Positions 55,048 to 64,000 of a stretch of DNA of 64,000 nucleotides are shown in pieces. Positions within the stretch are counted from its first letter, which is position 1, and each line of letters opens with the position of its first letter. Below the pieces are notes generated by a model. The model saw only the letters and a list, made by a program, of their open reading frames with translations, searched no databases and was not told where the DNA came from. The stretch is from assembly GCF_001194135.2 (NCBI RefSeq), contig NC_068999.1:54141283-54205282 (forward strand), given 5' to 3'. Made by a program: the position numbers and the translations under genes. Source of the DNA: Octopus bimaculoides (taxonomy: Eukaryota).

Positions 55048-56574
55048 ACACAGAATTTTAGCATTAGAAAATGTTTCAATGTTCAAGAGCCAATTCAAGA
55101 ATGTACATGTTAGGAATAGTTACTTTTCAGACAACATCTATTCAACAAGTTGACGGGTGAATTCAAACAACAGAAAAACGTACGATTCCTCTATTCACAC
55201 ATAAAATGTATGTATCATATTGCATATGGAACACATATATATTGTAAAGAAATCAAGATTTTTGCCACTTTTGTGGCATTTGAAATCGCACGTCAACATG
55301 ATTTGAAAATGAAATATTTCTTGCATGTGTGTTCTTGAATTGAAATGTAAACATGTAAATACTCTTTTATCGATTTCTGCAAAGAAAAGATGATTACTTA
55401 AAGTTGGTCTCAATACTGCCAATGAGAATCGGGAGGAATAACTTCTAAATTTCATTTCACAGAACAAAAGACATATATAGTTCCACATTCATACATACAT
55501 ACATACATACATACATACATACATACATGCATACATAAATGCATGCATATATATGTATGTATGTATGTATATATATATATATATNNNNNNNNNNNNNNNN
55601 NNNNNNNNNNNNNNNNNNNNNNNNNNNNNNNNNNNNNNNNNNNNNNNNNNNNNNNNNNNNNNNNNNNNNNNNNNNNNNNNNNNNNNNNNNNNNNNNNNNN
55701 NNNNNNNNNNNNNNNNNNNNNNNNNNNNNNNNNNNNNNNNNNNNNNNNNNNNNNNNNNNNNNNNNNNNNNNNNNNNNNNNNNNNNNNNNNNNNNNNNNNN
55801 NNNNNNNNNNNNNNNNNNNNNNNNNNNNNNNNNNNNNNNNNNNNNNNNNNNNNNNNNNNNNNNNNNNNNNNNNNNNNNNNNNNNNNNNNNNNNNNNNNNN
55901 NNNNNNNNNNNNNNNNNNNNNNNNNNNNNNNNNNNNNNNNNNNNNNNNNNNNNNNNNNNNNNNNNNNNNNNNNNNNNNNNNNNNNNNNNNNNNNNNNNNN
56001 NNNNNNNNNNNNNNNNNNNNNNNNNNNNNNNNNNNNNNNNNNNNNNNNNNNNNNNNNNNNNNNNNNNNNNNNNNNNNNNNNNNNNNNNNNNNNNNNNNNN
56101 NNNNNNNNNNNNNNNNNNNNNNNNNNNNNNNNNNNNNNNNNNNNNNNNNNNNNNNNNNNNNNNNNNNNNNNNNNNNNNNNNNNNNNNNNNNNNNNNNNNN
56201 NNNNNNNNNNNNNNNNNNNNNNNNNNNNNNNNNNNNNNNNNNNNNNNNNNNNNNNNNNNNNNNNNNNNNNNNNNNNNNNNNNNNNNNNNNNNNNNNNNNN
56301 NNNNNNNNNNNNNNNNNNNNNNNNNNNNNNNNNNNNNNNNNNNNNNNNNNNNNNNNNNNNNNNNNNNNNNNNNNNNNNNNNNNNNNNNNNNNNNNNNNNN
56401 NNNNNNNNNNNNNNNNNNNNNNNNNNNNNNNNNNNNNNNNNNNNNNNNNNNNNNNNNNNNNNNNNNNNNNNNNNNNNNNNNNNNNNNNNNNNNNNNNNNN
56501 NNNNNNNNNNNNNNNNNNNNNNNNNNNNNNNNNNNNNNNNNNNNNNNNNNNNNNNNNNNNNNNNNNNNNNNNNN

Positions 56575-56623
<49 letters not shown>

Positions 56624-56893
56624 CATATACATACATACCTTGCCTACCTAGGCGGCACGTCCCTCATATATATATATAGGTTATGAGCGATAGTGGTGTC
56701 AATTAGACCCAGAGGTTTCAGGTAATGCTGAGTAAGTGCTATGGATAGACCACAGTTAAGCTCCAGGTTCGGTAGTTATGCGAATAAGGGGCCCAATGTA
56801 GGTCATAAATCAGCGTGTGAATATAGGATATACTTTTCGTAATGAGATAAAAAACCAAGGCTGAGTATAATATAGAACATTTATAAATCGAAT

Positions 56894-56941
56894 GTCTTAC
56901 AGCTGTTTCCAGGATATATATTATATCCCTTCATTGGAAAC
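56894..56941 (-). ncRNA. Degenerate minimal type-I hammerhead ribozyme motif (PLE-type), core mutated
   Basis: Minus strand GUUU-CCAAUGA-AGGGAUAU(AAUAU)AUAUCCUG-GAAAC-AGCU-GUA-AGAC: stem I GUUU/AGAC, stem II, GAAA, palindromic ACAGCUGU stem III, GUA triplet. The CUGANGA core reads CCAAUGA. Confidence 0.5.
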
Positions 56942-57052
56942 GGTGTGAGAGGATGATTAAGCAATAGTTAGTTTAGTTAAGATAGGAAATATAGAGTGAA
57001 TGTAGGGATATTGTATTTGTAAATATATTGTTAAGGCAGAATGGTATACATA

Positions 57053-57175
57053 TAAGATTCCAGTACCTTGTGAGTAAAGTCCAATTGTTTTTAAGATTGG
57101 TCGTTGGCTTTGTAAATCCATTATTAAGATTCCAATACCCTATGAGTAAAGTCCAACAGTCTTTGAAATTGGTCA
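57053..57175. repeat. 72-bp-period imperfect direct repeat
   Basis: taagattccagtaccttgtgagtaaagtccaa... at 57053 and taagattccaataccctatgagtaaagtccaa... at 57125. Confidence 0.8.
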
Positions 57176-57289
57176 TTCCACATACAGAGTTTATACAGAA
57201 CCCTTTAAACAGAACCCTTGATACAATAACACTGCGTATAAACTCTTGCACGAAAATTCTCGTCAGACGACAAGGGAACAGGCAGAGAA

Positions 57290-57545
57290 AATGGAATGAA
57301 AAGCCCTAATCGGCAGCATCGAGTTCTTCTGCTGCACGACAATGCCCGCCCTCGTATCGCCAATATGACCAAGGAAGCCATTCAAACGCATGGCTGGGAA
57401 GTGCTGCCACACCTGCCGTACTCTCCTGATTTGGCACCAACGGATTTCCACCTCTTTCGATCTCTTTCAAATGCTATGCGCGGAGTTTCGTTCAATACTG
57501 ATGCAGAATTGAGAGCTTCGTTGGATCAATGTTTCGAGCCGAAAT
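57290..57545 (+). mobile_element. Mariner catalytic-domain fragment
   Basis: PNRQHRVLLLHDNARPRIANMTKEAIQTHGWEVLPHLPYSPDLAPTDFHLFRSLSNAMRGVSFNTDAEL. Confidence 0.93.
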
Positions 57546-57784
57546 TTTAGAATTTATGGGGTGGAGGGCGAGGTTAATAGAAAAAGTTTTAAAATTTCAC
57601 TTTCGGTTTTAAATTACGTTTCATTTTCTGTTTGAAAATAAAGGAAGTAGGGATTGTAATGGTGACTGCTGGTTTTGAAACATTTTTTTAACAGACAAGG
57701 ATTCTCCCATCGTTTTAAATGCATTGTGCAAAAAGAAAAAAATGGCTAAAATCACTGCTGAGTGGGGAAGGGGGTGAAAAAATT

Positions 57785-58260
57785 CGTAAATTGATATCAA
57801 AACCAAAATTAGGGTGTACAAAGCCTGCATTCTAAGTGCTCTGTTGTACTCTTCAGAAATGTGGACAGTACATCGTAAGCATCTTATCTTGCTTGAACAC
57901 TTCAACCAAAAGTGTTAAAGAACAATCCTAAACATCTAATGACACACAAATTGAATCTACAATCATATCCTTTCAATGCATTGGATAGGCCATGTTGTGC
58001 GCATGAATGAGGAAAGACTCCCAAAACAACTATTTTACAGTCAATTGCACACTGGGAAACGCCCTCAGCACAAACCAAGAAAAAGATCTGCAAATCAATA
58101 CCTGGTCCTAAAAAGCCATATGAGGGTACATTAGGATGACATCCTACAAGCTGACCCAATAACTCCAATACAGGGCACATCTGTTGTCTGTCACGTTTGC
58201 TGCAGACCGTGCAAATCTAATGCTGGACTTAAAAACCACCTAAGGGTCATGGACGGACGT
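57785..58260 (+). mobile_element. RTE-clade LINE 3' end with terminal C2H2 finger
   Basis: IKTKIRVYKACILSALLYSSEMWT...EHFNQKC*RTILNI; HWIGHVVRMNEERLPKQLFYSQL; CHVCCRPCKSNAGLKNHLR. Confidence 0.9.
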
Positions 58261-58479
58261 TTGAAACTGATGATGGTTGATGGGGGTACATGGGAGACGG
58301 CAATCATCTGCAAAGATGAAGTAATCACTATGTATGTATGTATGCATGCATGCATGCATGTATAATAACACAAATGGGCTGAGGTTCACTTCAGATGTAT
58401 TCTTTTATTAATTGCACCTGATCAGTTGCATGGACGTCTATGTAAATTTGAACCTTTGTCTCCTTCGAGCACGTTTCTA

Positions 58480-58885
58480 CGTGGTCGCTCGACTTGGCTC
58501 GGATTAATATCCCCTCAGGTCTGAAGCCAACGCAGTTATCCAGAAGTGATGGGAAAAGACCAGATGGTCTTATCCTCTGTCCCTGGATTAGAGGCATTTG
58601 GGATGACACAGTCTGCGACACTTTTGCTCCCTCCAACATCCTGGATGCTGCAGTAAATGGGAGGGTCACTACTTCCGTAGCCGAATGGAACAAAGCTCTG
58701 AAATATTGGAACCTGACAGTAAACTATCTCTTCCGACCTGTGGTGTTTAAGATGCTCGGAGGGATTGGGCCACTAACAGCGAAGTTCTTGTCATCGTTGG
58801 CAGCTCGCCTCATCAATATGTCAGGTGATGCCCGTGAGGGCGCTTGACTTTCCCAGCACCTTAGCCTCGCCATCGCAAGCGAGCT
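58480..58885 (+). mobile_element. CRE-like non-LTR retrotransposon restriction-like endonuclease remnant
   Basis: KPTQLSRSDGKRPDGLILCPW...WDDTVCDTFA...AEWNKALKY...F.PVVFKMLGGIG..TAKFLSSLA..L...SGDARE resembles the EP..L.RSDGKRPDG..L.PW...WD.T..DT...K..KY RLE signature. Confidence 0.8.
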
Positions 58886-61159
58886 GGCTTGCTTCAGTTG
58901 GTTTCGTTGAATCTTGTGTGCGACCAGTTGATGCTACATTGTTGGGTTTTTTTTATCTCTTTCTTCCCCACAAATGGTTTTAATACAGTTTTAGCAGACA
59001 GGTCTGGAAGAATTAGAAGAATGTTCTCCAGTAATTTTCTTTCATGTAAATAAATGTTCATGTTAATTTAAGAATTTGCCAGCAAAATCTTATAAAATGA
59101 CAATGTTCTAAAAGATGTACATGTTTATAAGTTCTTTATGAAAGTAGAACTTCTTTTTATGCTTATTCATCCTTTTCGTTTTGAATCAATCGTACATTAA
59201 TCTCGTCGCTTCGAGATTTCGATAGTGTAAATGTTTATTTCACAACCAACGGAGCGCGAAGTACTCCTCACGAACGTAGGTTCGTGAGATGGCTGTGATC
59301 TGTAAGCAGTTTTGTGTAGGAACGGAAAGAGACGTATGAACACACAATGCGCATGTGCACGCTGGATTCGTAAACTGGAAGAGAAGCATAAAAACGCAAT
59401 GTGCATGTCAAAAAACAAGATAAGAAAAAAAACGCAATGCGAATGTCAAACAAGTTGTATGATGGTGTGCATGCCACGTTTGACACCACTATCACGCAGG
59501 TTTTTAGAATGACATTGTAGGGTAGGTGTGAGAGGCTGGATCTGACCGGTTTGAACATATCCATCCCAGTATTTGGGCTGGATCTAGCTGTGTAAAAGCT
59601 AAAAGGTTAAATAAGTAAAATAGAGAACGGTCCTAATTAGAACACATATTTTTAAATTATACATCTACTTGATCTGAGTTGACCGGGGGGGGGGAGACGG
59701 CGGCGGGGGATAAACAACAACACCAATAACATCTCACTCTGCAGCAGATAGCATAGACAGTACAACAGAGATTAACTTCTCAATTCATTATCCACTTGAT
59801 TATATGAATTTTATTTGAAGAAGATTCTGTGCGATTGGTTGAATCATGTAACTGTTTTAATCACAAACCTACTATTTTCAGTTGTCGAGATAAGAGATAC
59901 TGCTGTCGCCTGGATACCGTTTTTCTGGGATTGTAACCACTGCGTATCTTTTGTTGAGTCATTGAGATAGTTTTCTATCTTAGCTCCAGATGTTGTTTAA
60001 TCAAAAGAAAAAAAAAGTTACTTTTGTCCCAGACACAATAATGACTAACAGATTATAGTGATACAAACATTGGTCAAGAGAGTATATAAATTTTGTGTTC
60101 GATGGCAGCTCAAATTCAGTTAATGTATACAAATTCTTTCAGTTTGACCCTTTTAACATCCAGGAGAGTATCATTACCCTTATGCATACCAAGATCCACC
60201 AAAAGTCTAATTCTTGTGGAATACCCAACAGAATTATTTTTACCACTCTCCTTCCCAAGTATGTAGAGAGTGAAATCCTCAAATGCAGCAGGTGGCCACT
60301 GAGTGCTGGATTACAAGAGCCTCAGTCTTAAATAAGACCTTTACCTTGCTCTAGATACATGGCTGATGTCTTGTCATACATCATAAAGGGCTTTTTCAAT
60401 CTGGGTGTTTGTGGAAGTTTCCATTTGCCTAGGTTTAACACTGATGCACCTGAAAGTAACTGTTTTTGTAGCAGTTGCAGTTGGAGTTCAGCAGTGTGTG
60501 TGTGTGTGTGTGGAGAGGGAAATGCTATCAGTCTCCCCTAAATTTGCCTAAATCTAGCTGCATCTGCCAAATTTATCCTCCAAGGAGAGAATAAAAAGTT
60601 CTTGTATGGCAGAACCAGTGAAAGAAGCCTTGTTATTGTTGCTCTTGGTGGTGGTGTTACCACTGTTGCCACCATTGCTACTGATGCAGCAACTGTAGTT
60701 ATTTTTGCAAATGCTGTTGTTGCTGCTGCTCTCTTGTGTTGGTCTTTGAACCATGATCCGTGTAGCAGTCTCTTTTCCTGCCATCTATAGACTGCTGTCT
60801 TCACTAGCATTCTAAATAATGGCAATGCTGTTGTTATTCTCCAGCCCAGCTCTTTAATGGAGCATGTAGCAGGGAAGCCCTCTTGCCACGTCCTCATTGG
60901 AGCAGTCTGTAGGCATTAAAGCAGCTATAATTTAGAATGAAAAATAAAGAACAAACGAGAGTGAAATGAAATTACAGCAGTTGTGCCCTAAAGAGCACAA
61001 TTTGGAGTCTCCCTTTTCACTAAAGTGAAACTGGAGTACTTAACTAACTATTGAACAAAAAATTCCCAACAATAAACAACTTTTTCCAGCAAAATTTAAC
61101 AAACCTTCAGAGCTGATGTAAACATGTCCAAGCAATCAATAATAATAATAATCATTTCT

Positions 61160-61510
61160 ACTATAGGCACAAGGTCTGAAATTTGGGGGGAGGAGATTAA
61201 CTTGATTGAAGCAGAAGAGGGCTGGCAACAGTGCCCAGGGTGCTAATGATTCTGCCAGCTTGCTGCCCTAATAATGATAATAATTAATAATGGTTTCAAA
61301 TTTTGGCAAAAGGCCAGCAAGTTCAAGGGAGGAGACTAGTCAATTACATCGACCTCAGTGTTCAACTGGTGCTTACTTTATCAATCTTGAAATGATGAAA
61401 GACGAAGATGACCTCAGCAGCCTTTGAAAGTAGAACATGAAACTCAAAAGAAATGCCATTAAGCATGTTGTCCAGTGTAGTAATGGTTCAACCACCTCGC
61501 CTCCTTTATA
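61160..61510 (-). mobile_element. Two SINE family B copies, CpG-depleted
   Basis: taggcacaaggtctgaaattt... and ggtttcaaattttggcaaaaggccagc...gacctcagcagcc...aagcatgttgtccagtgt. Confidence 0.8.
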
Positions 61511-62552
61511 ATAATAATAATAATAATAATAATAATCAAAAGAAGAAAATAGATGAACTACTTTTACAAAACAACAAGAATTTATTTGTATAGACCAGAA
61601 GAGATATATCAAGTTAAGATCACATTTTATACACCTGAGAAAAAAAGTATCAAACAATTTTACAATCAATTGATTTTTTGTTATTTAATTATATTTATTT
61701 TATTCATTCAATCATTTTTAAATATTTTTAAAAAATTTTTATTTCTTTATATGTTTGTGGTTGAATCGTTTCTGTATACCAAAATGTCAATGGTCCACAG
61801 AAAAAGGAATAAGTTGTTTGAGTTCTTAAAAACTTTCATTGTTTTTGTTGTTGTTGCATTGTCAAAAGATTTCTTTTGTTTTTTGTCTGGATTTGTGTGT
61901 ATTTTGTTTTGTATTTTCTTTGTTACCATCAAGTAGAAAGAAGTAAACTTTTTCTTTTGTTTTTCTTTTTCTTTTCAATTTAGCAGGAAATTTTAGAAGA
62001 AAAATAAACTGTTTTAAATTAAAAAAGAGAAAAGAAAGAGAGAGAAAAGAAATAGAAAAACAAAAGTTTTCTCTTTATTATTTTTTGTTTGCTTTTTTTT
62101 TCCTTTAAAAATATCTTTGAGGAGGAAAAAATTTTAAAATAGTAAAAAATAAAAAATGATAAATGAAAGGGACCCATGACAACAGCCCCAAAACTTCCAA
62201 ATGAATTTAAGGACTGAGGACACTGTGATAGAAGGCAACCAGGAAAGGGAAGAAAGCTTGTGACAAGTGGGGGGAAAGTGTGTGTCAGGGGAGTGGGGTC
62301 AGTCAGCAGTTTCCAGCCTGAATATAGGGTATAAGAAAGAGGGTCAAAGAGAGGGGTAGATTTGCAAGTAAAAACAGATAGACTTTTTGTGTATTATATA
62401 CACACACACACACACACATATATTTATATGTACACACAAATATATATATACATATGTATACACACACATATACATATACACACACACACATATATAAACA
62501 TACATATATACATATACACACAAAAATACATATACATATATATATATATGCG

Positions 62553-62596
<44 letters not shown>

Positions 62597-63499
62597 ATAC
62601 TAAGTATGATATATTCATGATTCAGCAACAAGGATATTCAAATAAATAAATGGCTTCTGATTTAATCTCCTACTTTGGTTAACATAGATGTCAGGGAAAA
62701 TTGAACAAAATAAAAATATTGTAAAATACTTATTGATTTATAAAAGATCCATTTCACTTGAAATTCTGGCTTCAAATTTGATGCTGAAATACAGAGCCTC
62801 AGCAACGGCTTACTTGAGACAGGATGACAAGGAAGTAGTGAAACAAATATTCAAAATTTGGCAGCTTAAAGCTTCCTAAATTTTCTCTGATTCCAATGCA
62901 GCATTTTCTTTCTACAACAGAAAACCCCAAATATATTTATTTCTCAAGCTCACTTTATTTCTTAAGCACCCTTTGACTGACACCAGATGACCAAAGATAG
63001 GTAAGAATCTATATATTTATTTCATGAATCTTGTTGATTTGCGAATATATGACGCCTTGTATAAGGAAAATATATGTATGTGTGTGTGTGTGTGCATGCC
63101 TATATATACATACACACACACACACACACACACACATGTATGTGTGTGTGTGTGTAATTCCTTACATCCATGATTCCTAAAGCCATGCTGGAGCATATGT
63201 TTGTTTAAGACAGTAAGAAATATAAGTTGATATAGAAAGAGAGAGAGGGGGTGGCAGAGAGAGTGGGAGTGGGAGAGAGAGAGTGGGGGTCACCATGCAA
63301 GAGTTACAAATAACATTCAAACCCAAAGACCAAGTTGTTGAAGATGAAGGCATCTGCTGTGTTTGTTCAGTACCAAAGATTTAGATTTAGTGAAGGCAGA
63401 AAATAGGGGGGAGGGCAGATAATAAACTAAGAACAGAGAAAGAGCAGACAGAGTAAGGAAAAAACAAACAGATGATAAAATAATTAATGACATATTTAC

Positions 63500-63576
63500 A
63501 TACACCCCACATATATATGCATATATATATGTATAGATGCATATATATATATATATATATATATATNNNNNNNNNN

Positions 63577-63607
<31 letters not shown>

Positions 63608-63812
63608 CATAATATATATATATATATACACACACTATATATATGTACATATATAAACATATACATTCATATACACATATACATATATATATACATATAT
63701 TTCAATACATAAATACATATACATACATATATATACATACATATACACATACATGTATATAAATATATATATATACATATACACATACATGTATATAAAT
63801 ATATATATATAC

Positions 63813-63845
<33 letters not shown>

Positions 63846-64000
63846 CATATATATACATATATATATATATACATATATATACATATATATATATACATAT
63901 ATATACATATATATATATACATATATATACATATATATATATACATATATATACATATATATATACATATATATACATATATATATACATATATATATAC
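63500..64000. repeat. (TA)n/(TACA)n compound microsatellite, one of many (CA)n, (TA)n, (AG)n, (AAT)n, (TACA)n and (GTT)n tracts in the window
   Basis: Directly visible. Others at e.g. 1655-1757, 5290-5390, 11020-11090, 11915-12050, 13180-13275, 14107-14178, 16870-16955, 17478-17598, 30565-30660, 55490-55584 and 62390-62600. Confidence 0.97.

Noticed and set aside
60538-60897. 119-aa and 76-aa minus-strand ORFs
   Set aside because: No recognisable domain, trinucleotide-rich, and each is closed by an upstream in-frame stop after the only good acceptor; more consistent with UTR.
62918-63006. Plus-strand acceptor/donor pair (acaacag|...atag|gtaaga)
   Set aside because: Stops in all three frames and no other support.

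Overview
Eukaryotic, AT-rich, microsatellite- and SINE-dense genomic DNA with 8 N-gaps. The repeat landscape resembles an octopus/coleoid cephalopod; this is inferred and not verified by a search. The one gene I can support is a minus-strand Na+/H+ exchanger (SLC9A/NHE family). I assembled 13 coding exons from 29446 down to 609 (1471 nt, 490 codons + 1 nt). All introns are GT-AG and every junction is phase-consistent. The product has a signal peptide, a long Ser/Thr/Asn-rich ectodomain and TM segments with the PESC, LLPP, AVDPVAV and GESLLND motifs. The gene continues past the left edge of the window. Most of these exons are absent from the supplied ORF track. The rest is transposon debris: Tc1, several mariners, hAT, piggyBac-like and Helentron-like non-autonomous elements, RTE, CR1/L2-like, R4-like and CRE-like LINE remnants, a Penelope-like RT, and at least four SINE-like families. 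Items most worth a second look are a degenerate hammerhead-ribozyme motif, three long hairpins, a dead duplicate of an NHE exon end, inverted SINE pairs bracketing NHE exons, natural substitutions in the NHE inhibitor-binding helix, and an apparent CpG-decay boundary near 42 kb and 60 kb. I found no evidence for a wholly new multi-gene system, rRNA, tRNA genes or CRISPR.
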